A DNA stretch of 43,285 nucleotides. Origin: Gemmatimonadales bacterium (GTDB lineage: Bacteria > Gemmatimonadota > Gemmatimonadetes > Gemmatimonadales > GWC2-71-9). Under the pieces are notes generated by a model. The model saw only the letters and a program-made list of their open reading frames with translations, did no database searches and was not told where the DNA came from. The stretch covers positions 1-43,285 of the forward strand of contig JAZFYL010000006.1 in assembly GCA_036443495.1 (NCBI GenBank), in the 5' to 3' direction. Each line of letters begins with the position of its first letter. Position 1 is the stretch's first letter. A program made the position numbers and the translations under genes. Below are positions 17,298 to 26,285 of this stretch, piece by piece.

Positions 17298-19037
17298 CTA
17301 TCGTCCCGACCCGCCGGAAGAGCCGTCACAGTAGGCGGTCAGCATCGAGGCGATCCGGGGTTTGTATTGCTCCACGTACCCCAGAAACGTCTCAACCTGC
17401 TCCGCGTTCGTTTCCTTGCCGAGGTGCAGTGCGGTCTCGGATTCCGTGATCAGGTCGTTCATCTGGCCGGCCATCTCGCAGGACTTTTGCTCCTCCGTCG
17501 GCTCATCGAGGGCCGCAGCCAACAGGAACGACGACAGCCCCAGCACGTAGTTCGCTGTTTGGGTAATCGGTGGCGAGTCATCCTGCACCAACCCGATGGC
17601 TGTCCGGGTTGCCAGGGCCGCGCCCTCTAGATCCTGCGGCGGTTGCAGGAGCGGGAGGGCCCCCGTGGTCAGAATCGCGGCCGAGTTCACTCGGTCGGTA
17701 TCGGTACCCTGCGCCACGGCAAACTCGATGAATGGAATGGCGTCGGGAACCCGCCGGGCCTCCATCAGTGCCTGGGCCGTGGCGAGCGCCGGCGTCACCG
17801 ACGTGGGGTCGAGTGCGTTGAGTCGCGCGGTGGTCACGATCGCGCTGTCCAGCTCCCCGGCCGTGACATAAGCGCCAGCCAACTGCTCGAGGAGGGTGAT
17901 GTTTTCCGGGTACTTCCTGACGCCGACCTCTGCCCAATGCATCAGGGCCACGGAGTCGGCCGCGGCATCGGCAAAGACCGTCACCTTCAGGAAGTAAGTC
18001 GAGTCGACCGAGGTCGAATCGATGTCGTAAATCGCGGCCAGGGCGGCCAAGGCTTCGGGGAATTCGCCCGCCACCGCGTGCGCGTTGGCCTTCAGATCGT
18101 AGAGGTCCGGGTTGTACGGATCGCGGGAGAGGCCTTCGTCGGCGATGGCCACGGCCGCGCCCGGACGCCCGTATTGGTTGAACAGCTTGATCGCCGATTC
18201 GCGCAGAGCCTGGTTGGTCGGTGCGACCAGCAACATCGCCTGGAACGCTTCGATCACCTTGTTGGTGTCCCCCAGGGACTCGTACTCTTCCGCCAGCATG
18301 GTGAAGGCGGGGAGGCTCAGTGGGTCTCCCTCAATGGCGCGATTGATGTGGGCGATGACTGAGTCCGAGGGCTCGCCGTCTTCCTTGCTGATCTGCGCCA
18401 GGCACATTTCGGCCAGACCCTGATTGGGCACCCGCTTGATGGCCTTCTCCGCGGCCCGTACAGCATCCCGCCGCTTGTCCGGGTTCATTAGGAGATCGGT
18501 GCACTGCTTCGCATCCTGGTAGGCCCGAATCGGGTCCTTGAAATCGTTAGCGAGTTCCTTGCCGAAATCTCCCAGGCTTTCACCGGACTCCTGCGTCTTC
18601 CGAATGACGTAGCCGGCATCGTCGTGCAACCCGGCAAACCGCGTTATGGCAAGGTAACGGCCGTCCTGTCGCCGGCTCATCATGGTGATGAACAGCGCTC
18701 GTGCGGCCATCTCCTGGGCGAAGCGGCGCGACACCGGAACGGTCAGAATGGCGTCCTGCGGGTAGCCCCAGACCTCGAGAGCGTCGTTCATCTGCTCTCG
18801 AGGAATAACCTGGAAGTTGCTACCGGCCACGCGGTCCATGCGGTCCCGCAGCGCCTCACCGACTTCCACCGACGCGGCGGAATCGGCAACAGCCCGGACG
18901 TAAGGGTTGGCTACAAAAATCTTTGGGGCGGCCCTGACCGCGCCTCCCCGCCCTGAACCGGACGGGATCTGGCTGGCCATTGGCGCCGCCAACACGGCGC
19001 TCAGCATCACGACGGAGAAGACGCGAGTCAATCGCAT
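17298..19037 (-). CDS. Secreted or periplasmic TPR-repeat protein
   Basis: Starts at the ATG at 19037 (MRLTRVFSVVMLSAVLAAPMASQ, signal-peptide-like, GGAGG upstream). Repeated TPR-like A/L/Y-rich helical units. The track ORF extension to 19289 runs through tRNA-Val. Confidence 0.75.
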   Translation of the reverse strand: MRLTRVFSVVMLSAVLAAPMASQIPSGSGRGGAVRAAPKIFVANPYVRAVADSAASVEVGEALRDRMDRVAGSNFQVIPREQMNDALEVWGYPQDAILTVPVSRRFAQEMAARALFITMMSRRQDGRYLAITRFAGLHDDAGYVIRKTQESGESLGDFGKELANDFKDPIRAYQDAKQCTDLLMNPDKRRDAVRAAEKAIKRVPNQGLAEMCLAQISKEDGEPSDSVIAHINRAIEGDPLSLPAFTMLAEEYESLGDTNKVIEAFQAMLLVAPTNQALRESAIKLFNQYGRPGAAVAIADEGLSRDPYNPDLYDLKANAHAVAGEFPEALAALAAIYDIDSTSVDSTYFLKVTVFADAAADSVALMHWAEVGVRKYPENITLLEQLAGAYVTAGELDSAIVTTARLNALDPTSVTPALATAQALMEARRVPDAIPFIEFAVAQGTDTDRVNSAAILTTGALPLLQPPQDLEGAALATRTAIGLVQDDSPPITQTANYVLGLSSFLLAAALDEPTEEQKSCEMAGQMNDLITESETALHLGKETNAEQVETFLGYVEQYKPRIASMLTAYCDGSSGGSGR

Positions 19038-19112
19038 TCCAACAACCTCCAGTGCAGCCAGCGGTCCCGCAGGGGCGGCACACGCTGCCAAGTATCTTTC
19101 AAGCCTACGCAG

Positions 19113-19187
19113 TGGGCGAAGAGGGATTCGAACCCCCGACTTCCTGCTTGTAAGGCAGGCGCTCTGAACCAACTGAGCTATTCGCCC
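19113..19187 (-). tRNA. tRNA-Val (anticodon TAC), CCA not encoded
   Basis: Hand-folded: acceptor GGGCGAA/TTCGCCC, D arm GCTC-AGTTGGTTCA-GAGC, anticodon arm CCTGC-CTTACAA-GCAGG, T arm GGGGG-TTCGAAT-CCCTC, discriminator A. Confidence 0.9.
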
Positions 19188-19255
19188 TGGTGGGTCCAGC
19201 CGCCGTTGATGGCTCATGCCGCCCCCCACAACAACGTACCTCTCTGCTCGAACCG

Positions 19256-19447
19256 TTACAGGGCAATTCCCAGCGGGAACAGTACGCAATACCCAAGAAC
19301 CAGCAGAACGGCCGCGGCGCTCGCGCTGCCAGCGCCAAGGAGGACGTAGCCCCCCACCAACGATATCACCGCGGCACTCAATAGCGCTATGTTGCGAGGC
19401 CCCAGCGGCGAACGCCGAGTGGGCACGGTAGGGGGCTGATCAGGCAT
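19256..19447 (-). CDS. Small (63 aa) two-TM membrane protein, function unknown
   Basis: 'NIALLSAAVISLVGGYVLLG' and 'AAAVLLVLGYCVLFPLGIAL' are hydrophobic helices. A promoter-like element lies directly upstream. No family recognised. Confidence 0.4.
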   Translation of the reverse strand: MPDQPPTVPTRRSPLGPRNIALLSAAVISLVGGYVLLGAGSASAAAVLLVLGYCVLFPLGIAL

Positions 19448-19455
19448 AAGCCTAG

Positions 19456-19484
19456 AGCTTAGTCACCGTCCCCACCCAGGTCAA
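19456..19484 (-). promoter_or_regulatory. Putative sigma-70-like promoter TTGACC-N17-TAAGCT, 8 nt upstream of the ATG at 19447
   Basis: On the minus strand, TTGACC (19484-19479), a 17-nt spacer, then TAAGCT (19461-19456). Only 'CTAGGCTT' separates the -10 element from the ATG, so the mRNA would be leaderless or nearly so. Confidence 0.3.
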
Positions 19485-19593
19485 GATTGGGCCGACCACT
19501 GGCCCATCCCCCTAAGTCCGCGTATCGCAGTCGCTTCCCACCTTCACCATGGCAACGGACGTGCCAAGGGCCTGGATCCGCACATCGAGCCGG

Positions 19594-20475
19594 TCACACA
19601 AGCTGGTCCTGGTCAGTCTCCGGAGAGTGTCCTTCCCCAGGGACAGTGTCAGCCGGGGCAATTCCGCTGCCTTCCTCCAGCCTCCAGTCGTCCGCCACCT
19701 CCCAGCCCTGATCCAGGGCCACCCGCCGTGGGAGGTCACGCCGACGCCGGTACCAGTGGGCGACGACGACGACACCGCCCAGGACGAGCCACATTCCCCC
19801 CGCCGCCAACCACGTGAGCCAGCCGTAACGCCGTTTCACGCTGGCGCGCCACATCGTATCGAACCGGTCGAGCGGGAACCCGGTGGTCGCGATCACGGCA
19901 GCTTCGAATCCGGTGCCTGCCCGGAGCCGTTGCAGCAGAGGAGCGAGGGTTCGGGAGGGATTCCGGTGCGCGAGCTCCACAACCGCGGACATGGCCAAGG
20001 CGTATGCCGAGGCGGCCGTATGTGATGAACCCCGCAGCGCGGCGTCGAGTTCACCCAAGGTCGGGACCCGGCCCCTGATGACCGCCAAGTTAAGGCCCCA
20101 GTTCTCGAGACGGCCGAACTCGCCCGCGGCCCATGCCGCATAGCCCTCGTCGAACCACAGCGGGACCCGCACGTCGACCGCCGCGTGCAAGGCAATGTGT
20201 GCCAGTTCATGCTGCAGGGTGGAGCGGATGGCGACGTCGTCCGCCCGCAAGACGATGGTCCCGGATCCCGGGAACGCCAGACCAACGCCCCACTGGGGAA
20301 CCTGGCCGCGAGACATGCGCGAGAATGTGACCTCGTCCGGCACGACGATGAGCCGCACGGGGCCCAGTTCTACGCGGCCGAGGGCCGGCCATTCAACCGG
20401 GGTGTCGGCGATCTCCGCCATCGCGATCGCCAGGTTCGCGTCGTTGGGCCAACTTACGACGGTGACCTTCCCCAC
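19594..20475 (-). CDS. HEXXH zinc metallopeptidase (gluzincin/MA-like) with a C-terminal TM anchor
   Basis: 'LQHELAHIALH' (HEXXH) followed by 'WFDEGYAAWAAGE' (candidate third ligand Glu). C-terminal TM 'WLTWLAAGGMWLVLGGVVVVAHW'. The start codon is uncertain (see findings). Confidence 0.7.
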   Translation of the reverse strand: MGKVTVVSWPNDANLAIAMAEIADTPVEWPALGRVELGPVRLIVVPDEVTFSRMSRGQVPQWGVGLAFPGSGTIVLRADDVAIRSTLQHELAHIALHAAVDVRVPLWFDEGYAAWAAGEFGRLENWGLNLAVIRGRVPTLGELDAALRGSSHTAASAYALAMSAVVELAHRNPSRTLAPLLQRLRAGTGFEAAVIATTGFPLDRFDTMWRASVKRRYGWLTWLAAGGMWLVLGGVVVVAHWYRRRRDLPRRVALDQGWEVADDWRLEEGSGIAPADTVPGEGHSPETDQDQLV

Positions 20476-20525
20476 TTGGGTGGTGATAGGGGTGGCGGGA
20501 GTTTGGAGGGCGAGAGCGATCAGGG

Positions 20526-21392
20526 CTACTCGGAGCGCGGGACGTCACCTCCTGAATCGACCAGCTCCAACAACTCCTGGCAGCGTTTCCCCCACGGGTT
20601 GAAACGATTGGCCTTGAAGCCGTCGGCCCAGGTCTGGCGCGCGGCCTCTTTCTCCCCAGAGAACCATTGGGCGCGCCCCAATTCGAAGTATGCTTCGATC
20701 AGGTTTGGTCCAAGATCGAGCGTCTTGGTGAGAAACGACAGCGCGTCCTCGTACATTTCGCGCTCGAGATACACCAGGCCCAGGTAGAAATGGGCGTAGA
20801 GTGTGGCCTTGCGGTCGTTGGCCAGACGAATCGCTTTCGAAAGGTGTTCGATCGCTTCGCCGAAGATGCGCTTCTTGAGACAGATATATCCCACATTGAT
20901 GCGGGCCAGGGAGTTCGCCGGCTCTTTCATGAGCACCTTGGAGAAAGTACCCAGGGCGTCGTCGTAGTCTTCGTTGAGCATTTGCGCCCACCCCAACAAG
21001 GAGCGCGCATGTGAATCGTCGGGGGCCAGGGCCAGGGCCTTGTTCAGAGCCTCAATGGCGCTGAGGTGATCGCCCAACGATATCAAGCTCCAACCCTTCT
21101 CGATGTAGGTCGACGCCCCGAGGTGGTCCGCGTGGACCGCGGGGCGAGCGCCGGTAAACTGGGGAGCCTGCGCGCCATCGGCAGCACCGGAGCGTTGTTT
21201 GTACCGCTCGACCAGCCCGCGGATGCCCTCTTTGACGTCCGCCAATTCGGACAACGCCCCATCGACCTCCTTGAAGTAGGCGATGATTTCCCGTTTCAAG
21301 GCTTCACGTTCGGCTTGCGAATCGGCCTGCTCCAGGCGCCGTTCGATGTCCGCGTGTCTGCCTCGCAGGGCGGCCAACCACGTTTCGGTCAT
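20526..21392 (-). CDS. Protein with an N-terminal coiled coil and C-terminal TPR repeats
   Basis: N-terminal heptad-like 'RRLEQADSQAEREALKREIIAYFKEVDGALSELADVKE'. TPR units such as 'SAIEALNKALALAPDDSHARSLLGWAQ' and 'EAIEHLSKAIRLAND'. Lies 5 nt downstream of cheW. Confidence 0.75.
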   Translation of the reverse strand: MTETWLAALRGRHADIERRLEQADSQAEREALKREIIAYFKEVDGALSELADVKEGIRGLVERYKQRSGAADGAQAPQFTGARPAVHADHLGASTYIEKGWSLISLGDHLSAIEALNKALALAPDDSHARSLLGWAQMLNEDYDDALGTFSKVLMKEPANSLARINVGYICLKKRIFGEAIEHLSKAIRLANDRKATLYAHFYLGLVYLEREMYEDALSFLTKTLDLGPNLIEAYFELGRAQWFSGEKEAARQTWADGFKANRFNPWGKRCQELLELVDSGGDVPRSE

Positions 21393-21397
21393 GTAAG

Positions 21398-21880
21398 CTA
21401 CGCCTCGCTGCCGGCCTTGGCCCCGGCATCGGTCAATTGCAGTCGTTCGGTTGAACTGAACAGCTTGCCCGCGTTGAGCATGACGACCGTATCCGAGTTG
21501 TGGGACAGTAGCCCGGCGATGTACTTCGCCGCGAGTCCACGCACCATTGCCGGCGGTGCGGTGATGGCACCGGCATCCAGACGATGGACCTCCTGCACAT
21601 GATCCACCAACACGCCTACCGGGTGGTCGTCGATGCGCAAGATGATCAGCCGGGTTTCGTCCCCGATGTCCGGCGTGAAACCGAGTCGTTTGCGGAGATC
21701 AACGACCGGGGCCATGCCGTCGTCGTACGGTATTACCCCTTCCAGAAACTCCGCCGCGTTAGGCAGCGAGGTTGGAGTCGCATACCGGAGAATGCGGTCC
21801 ACCTGGCCGATCTCAAACGCGAAGAGCTGGTCGCCGACGCTGAAGATGACTACCTGAATCTCGTCGCCGCTCGTCGTCAT
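21398..21880 (-). CDS. cheW: CheW-like coupling protein
   Basis: 'QVVIFSVGDQLFAFEIGQVDRILRY', 'LEGVIPYDDGMAPVVDLRKRLG' and 'RLIILRIDDHPVGVLVDHVQEV' fit the CheW-domain pattern. Confidence 0.85.
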   Translation of the reverse strand: MTTSGDEIQVVIFSVGDQLFAFEIGQVDRILRYATPTSLPNAAEFLEGVIPYDDGMAPVVDLRKRLGFTPDIGDETRLIILRIDDHPVGVLVDHVQEVHRLDAGAITAPPAMVRGLAAKYIAGLLSHNSDTVVMLNAGKLFSSTERLQLTDAGAKAGSEA

Positions 21881-22302
21881 GATGCCATTCCGCGCTCGAT
21901 GATGGTCGGAGCCAGGGCCGCAAGGTCGATGATTGGAATGAACAGACCGTCCCGCTGCACCACGCCCACCGCTCCGGGCATGTCGTGGTCATCGGGTAGC
22001 GGGCGTACGGCATCGGTCGTGACTTCCACCGCGTGATCCACTTCCAAACAGATGCGCCGGCCATCCAAGGTTGCGACCACCGCCATCTCACCGAGGGCGC
22101 TGGGACAACCGCCACCATCCAGCGCCGCCCCCAAGTGAAAGACGGGAACCAGTCTCCCCCGTACCGGGATGACCCCACGCAAGGCGGGCGCGGTCGAAGG
22201 TACCGCGAAGGGCACTACCATATCGATAACTTCGATGAGCGGGTCCATGGCCAGCCCCACGTGCTTTTCTCCCGCCTGCACCAGCAGGAATCGGCTGTCC
22301 AT
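21877..22302 (-). CDS. Divergent CheW-like protein
   Basis: 'FLLVQAGEKHVGLAMDPLIEV', 'LRGVIPVRGRLVPVFHLGAAL', 'ICLEVDHAVEV', 'LFIPIIDLAAL'. 4-nt overlap with the downstream cheW. Confidence 0.7.
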   Translation of the reverse strand: MDSRFLLVQAGEKHVGLAMDPLIEVIDMVVPFAVPSTAPALRGVIPVRGRLVPVFHLGAALDGGGCPSALGEMAVVATLDGRRICLEVDHAVEVTTDAVRPLPDDHDMPGAVGVVQRDGLFIPIIDLAALAPTIIERGMAS

Positions 22303-22305
22303 CGG

Positions 22306-23385
22306 TCAACGTCCCGGCAGCGAGGCGAGCCAGGCGCTGGCCTCCGCGCCCAGGCGGTCGATGCCTAAGACCTCGTCTACTGCCCCAATCTCCACGGCCG
22401 CTTTCGGCATGCCGTAAATCGTCGCGCTCTCCTTGCTCTGAGCCATCCCGTACCCCCCAGCTCGGTGAATGGCCGCCAACCCCTCCGCACCATCCCGGCC
22501 CAATCCGGTCAGCACCATCCCCAAGGCCCGGTCGCCAAACACCGCCGCGACCGAATGAAAGAGCGGATCGGCCGCCGGGCGCACCCCCCATACCGTCGGC
22601 TCCTGGTTCAACACCAAGTGGGGACCGTCAGGGCCAAGTTCCACCTGCATATGATAATCGCCCGGGGCGATGTACGCCGTGTCGGTCGCGAGTGGCACCC
22701 GTTCACCACCTTCGACGACCTTGAGTCCGCTCTGTCCGTCAAGTCGCTCGGCCAGGCTCCTGGTAAACTTGGGCGGCATATGCTGGGCGATCACCACTGC
22801 GGCATCGTGCCCTGAAGAAATCCGGGGCAGGACTTCGGCCAACGCTCGCGGACCACCGGTGGACGCTGCGATTGCGAGGCAGCAGGTCGGCCGGCCGGGA
22901 ACGGCGAACAGCGGCTCAATGGCACCCACCGCGGGGCGCTGTGGCCGGGCGAGTACCGGGAGCCGATTCAGCTCCGCCGTTGCCGCGGCTTCGAGTGCCG
23001 CCAAGAGTCGGTCCGCGAACCTGTTCCTCGCGATCTCGGTGCGGTCCTCTTCCTTGGCGACCAGTTCGACCGCGCCTAGTTCGAGGGCACGGATGGCTGC
23101 GGCCGTCCCCTGCCCTGCGTAAGCACTCACCACGATGACCGGGCGGGGCAATTCCGACATGATGTAACCGATGGCCCCAAGGCCATCCAGTTCGGGCATC
23201 TCCAGATCCATGGTAATGAGATCCGGCATGAACTTGTGCAGTTTCTTGAGGGCGTCGGCTCCGTTTCGAGCGGTCGCGACGACCCGGAACCGGCCCGACG
23301 CGTCAATCACGGAACTCAGCAGCCGGCGGAAAAAGGGGCTGTCGTCGACCACCAGGACGGTGGGGCGGTCAGATACGCTCAACAC
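22306..23385 (-). CDS. cheB: Chemotaxis methylesterase/response regulator CheB
   Basis: REC domain ('[14 protein letters not shown]', '[13 protein letters not shown]') plus a methylesterase domain ('[11 protein letters not shown]', '[11 protein letters not shown]', '[11 protein letters not shown]'). Confidence 0.93.
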   Translation of the reverse strand: MLSVSDRPTVLVVDDSPFFRRLLSSVIDASGRFRVVATARNGADALKKLHKFMPDLITMDLEMPELDGLGAIGYIMSELPRPVIVVSAYAGQGTAAAIRALELGAVELVAKEEDRTEIARNRFADRLLAALEAAATAELNRLPVLARPQRPAVGAIEPLFAVPGRPTCCLAIAASTGGPRALAEVLPRISSGHDAAVVIAQHMPPKFTRSLAERLDGQSGLKVVEGGERVPLATDTAYIAPGDYHMQVELGPDGPHLVLNQEPTVWGVRPAADPLFHSVAAVFGDRALGMVLTGLGRDGAEGLAAIHRAGGYGMAQSKESATIYGMPKAAVEIGAVDEVLGIDRLGAEASAWLASLPGR

Positions 23386-23854
23386 CGGTACGGACCGAGC
23401 TCACCTCCACCACACCGGAATCGACGTGAAGCCGGACCGTACGACCGAAGTCACCGCCCACGGCTTCGCCCACGATCGGTATCCGATGGGCTCCCAGTGT
23501 TTTTTGGGTCGATATGATGTTGCGTTCGCCCATCTGGATCGCCCCCGAAGCCAGCATGGCGAACATCGACGCTCCCCCAATCAGTCGGGCAGTAATCCGT
23601 CTAGGGCTGGCGCCCAACTCCGCCATTTCTTCCAGCATGGCCGGGATCGCGGTCTGGGGGAACTTTCGAAGGTTGGCGCCGCGCCTGGCCAGCGACGGGG
23701 TCGGGAGGAGAATGTGGGCCAGACCACCAACCTGAATTTTGGGATCGTGCAGGACCACCGCGACGCAGCTACCGAGCCCATAGGTCACCAGGACATCGCC
23801 GGCACATCCAACTCGGAAGTCGGCGACTTTGACCACCACGTCGTCGGCGTCCAT
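23369..23854 (-). CDS. cheD: Chemoreceptor glutamine deamidase CheD
   Basis: Starts at the ATG at 23854 ([10 protein letters not shown]), a 1-nt overlap with the cheR stop. '[14 protein letters not shown]', 'GGLAHILLP', 'LIGGASMF'. Confidence 0.88.
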   Translation of the reverse strand: MDADDVVVKVADFRVGCAGDVLVTYGLGSCVAVVLHDPKIQVGGLAHILLPTPSLARRGANLRKFPQTAIPAMLEEMAELGASPRRITARLIGGASMFAMLASGAIQMGERNIISTQKTLGAHRIPIVGEAVGGDFGRTVRLHVDSGVVEVSSVRTGVERI

Positions 23855-24672
23855 CAAGCCACCTGGTAGATACGCTCGCGAACATCGAGCAGAGTGAAGC
23901 GCTTCTGGGCTTCGCCGAACATCGTTTCGACTTTTCCCAACACGAGAGCGCCATCGTCGGACAGGACATCCGCGAACACGGTGAACAACTGGAGCTGCGT
24001 GGGGCGATCGAAATAGATGACGACGTTGCGACACACGATCAGATCGTACGATGAGTGGAGCGGAGGATCCCGGATGAGATCGAGCTGCCGCACGTGGACC
24101 AGCGACCGGAGCCGCGGGACGACCTCATACTCTTCCCCGATGGGGCGACAATACTCGTCGCGGTGAAGCGCGGGGGCTTCATCGAACGCCGAGGCGGGAT
24201 ACCGGCCCGCTTCGGCGCGCGCCAGGCACTCGCGGTCGATGTCCGTCGCATCGATATGGACCCGATCCAGCCAGTGGCGACGGCCAAGCCGCTCCGACTG
24301 GTCGGCGAACAACATGGCCAGGGTGTGCGGCTCTTCGCCGGAGGCGCAGCCGGCGCTCCACACGCGGACATGCCCCTCACGTGCCTGGAACAAGGCCGGG
24401 AGGATGGTATCCGCCAGGCTCTCCCAAGTCTCCCGATTGCGATAGAACCGGGTCACGTTGATGGTCAGGGTGTCCTTGAGATGCTGGTACTCGTCCGGCC
24501 TTTCTCCGAGCAGCGACTGATACGCCTTGTAGGTGTGGACCCCGCAGGCGCGCATCCGGACGGCAATCCTCCGGCGCAGGCACTTTTGTTTGTATGCGTG
24601 CAACGCCAGGCCGGCAGCCTGGGAGATGGTCTGCGTCAACGCCTGGAAGCTGGCTTCATCGCCGGCGTTCAT
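23854..24672 (-). CDS. cheR: Chemotaxis protein methyltransferase CheR
   Basis: 'TINVTRFYRN', SAM-binding 'VWSAGCASGEEPHTLAMLF', 'YDLIVCRNVVIYFD'. Confidence 0.92.
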   Translation of the reverse strand: MNAGDEASFQALTQTISQAAGLALHAYKQKCLRRRIAVRMRACGVHTYKAYQSLLGERPDEYQHLKDTLTINVTRFYRNRETWESLADTILPALFQAREGHVRVWSAGCASGEEPHTLAMLFADQSERLGRRHWLDRVHIDATDIDRECLARAEAGRYPASAFDEAPALHRDEYCRPIGEEYEVVPRLRSLVHVRQLDLIRDPPLHSSYDLIVCRNVVIYFDRPTQLQLFTVFADVLSDDGALVLGKVETMFGEAQKRFTLLDVRERIYQVA

Positions 24673-26285
24673 CCGGCATTTTCCAGCATGTCGAGGTTGG
24701 CCCGAGCGAGTTGGTGTCCCGCGTTCAGCGTTGTCGCCCGCTTCCAGTATCCCTGGGCCCGCTCCCGATCGTTCCGTTTATAGGCCAGGTTCCCCAGTTT
24801 GAAGTACAGGTCGTCCCCCAAATCGGGGCTCAGTTTTGCCGCCCGCTCATACGAGGAATGGGCTTCATCGTAGTTCCCCGCACGATAGAACAGGTCGCCG
24901 AGGTTCTTGGAGATCTGCGGGATCGTGGGTTCCTGTTCGAAGGCTTTCCGCAACACCTGCTGGGCCTCGGGTACCGATCCTGCAACTTCGAGGAGCACGG
25001 CGAAGTTGTTGGCCAACACCGCCTGTTCCGGGTGGGCCTTCACCGCTTCGGCTGCGAGATCGCGGGCTGCATCGTGGTCCCCTTCCCCGGTGTGGGCCAG
25101 CGTCATGGCCCAATACCAGACGGCCGGCGGCGTACGATCGCCGAGCAGCTCCCTCGCCCTGGCCAGCCGCCCCGCGGCCACGCTGAAATCGTCTTGCTTG
25201 AGGGCCACGACCCCCCATCCGATCATGGCTCGGGGATCATCACGGGCCCGGCCGACGGCGTCGGCAAAGGTCGCTTCGGCCTCCTCCAGCCGGCCCATAC
25301 GCTCAAGGGCATATCCGAGATTGTGGAGTGCGCCCGGGCGGGGACCGCCCCGCTCCACCGCAAGCTCGAAGTGTTTGACTGCTTCCTCCCAGCGGGCCTG
25401 CTTGAGTGCGATGAGCCCCAGGTAGAAGGGTGCGCTGCCTTCCGACGGTCGCAATTCCGCAACCCGGCGGAACTCCCGCAGCCCCTCTTCCAACATGTCC
25501 GTCTTGTAGAACGCGATACCGAGGTTGCGGTGTTCTTCTACTCGCGCCTCGTTCACCCGGGGCGCCTCGCGAGTACTCGATGTTCCCACCCGCTGTACGA
25601 ACCCCGCGGTGATCAACCCGTAGAGCGCCTTGCCCAAATCGAACTCGGCGAGTCCGCTCTCCTCGAGCAGTTGGTCCACGTCGCGCTCGCCGTCGAGGTG
25701 ACAGAGGATCTGCTTCTGTTCCGGCGAAAGAGCGACTTCAGCCGAATCCAGGCGTTCCTGATCGACCGCGAAGATCAGGTCGAACGAGGGGACCTTCTTC
25801 TCGATGAGGCTCCACTCGTCGACCCGGCGGGCGCCCTCCAGCAACAGCGATTGCGGGTTGATCGCCACGACCATATCCTGCTCTGGTTGGACGCCAGCTT
25901 CGAAGTTGAAGGTCCCGGCGTGCCAGGTGAACAGGAAATACACGGCTTCTTCGATTTGCAGCCGTATGTATTCCTCCAACTCGGAGCGCTCGATCACCCC
26001 TTGCTCAACGAGAATCTCTCCGAGTTTCTTGTCGCGGAAGTTGCCCTGCAGCTCGAGGGCCTCGGTTTGCTGCTCGGTGGTGATGCGGCCGCTGGCGACC
26101 AGGATATCGCCCAGCCGATCGCGACGGTTCACGATCGAGGCGTAGCTGATGAGCCCCTCATCGAAGTAGATGTATCCGAAGTTCTGGCGGTCGGCCACCG
26201 CCAGGCAGCCGGTCTTCTTCCCCAAGGACAGTAGCTGAATGACGTCGGGGAGGCTCGCTTCCTTCAGGCTGCCTTTGATCGCCAT
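24669..26285 (-). CDS. PATAN/DUF4388-like N-terminal domain fused to TPR repeats (paralog 1)
   Basis: Start taken at the ATG at 26285 ([30 protein letters not shown]...YFDEG), which matches the DUF4388/PATAN signature as I remember it. It includes a helical insert ('RLGDILVASGRITTEQQTEALE...KLGEILVEQGVIERSELEEYI'). The C-terminal half is TPR ('EGLREFRRVAELRPSEGSAPFYLGLIAL' and others). Confidence 0.8.
   Translation of the reverse strand: MAIKGSLKEASLPDVIQLLSLGKKTGCLAVADRQNFGYIYFDEGLISYASIVNRRDRLGDILVASGRITTEQQTEALELQGNFRDKKLGEILVEQGVIERSELEEYIRLQIEEAVYFLFTWHAGTFNFEAGVQPEQDMVVAINPQSLLLEGARRVDEWSLIEKKVPSFDLIFAVDQERLDSAEVALSPEQKQILCHLDGERDVDQLLEESGLAEFDLGKALYGLITAGFVQRVGTSSTREAPRVNEARVEEHRNLGIAFYKTDMLEEGLREFRRVAELRPSEGSAPFYLGLIALKQARWEEAVKHFELAVERGGPRPGALHNLGYALERMGRLEEAEATFADAVGRARDDPRAMIGWGVVALKQDDFSVAAGRLARARELLGDRTPPAVWYWAMTLAHTGEGDHDAARDLAAEAVKAHPEQAVLANNFAVLLEVAGSVPEAQQVLRKAFEQEPTIPQISKNLGDLFYRAGNYDEAHSSYERAAKLSPDLGDDLYFKLGNLAYKRNDRERAQGYWKRATTLNAGHQLARANLDMLENAG

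Noticed and set aside
17298-19289. 663-aa version of the TPR protein.
   Set aside because: The N-terminal 84 codons run straight through tRNA-Val (19113-19187). The ATG at 19037 has a GGAGG RBS and yields a proper signal peptide.
19489-19505. Hairpin GGGCC-AGUGGUC-GGCCC downstream of the peptidase gene, considered as a terminator.
   Set aside because: The stem is only 5 bp and is followed by AAUCUUGACC rather than a U-tract. It partly abuts the promoter-like -35. It is not convincing as an intrinsic terminator.
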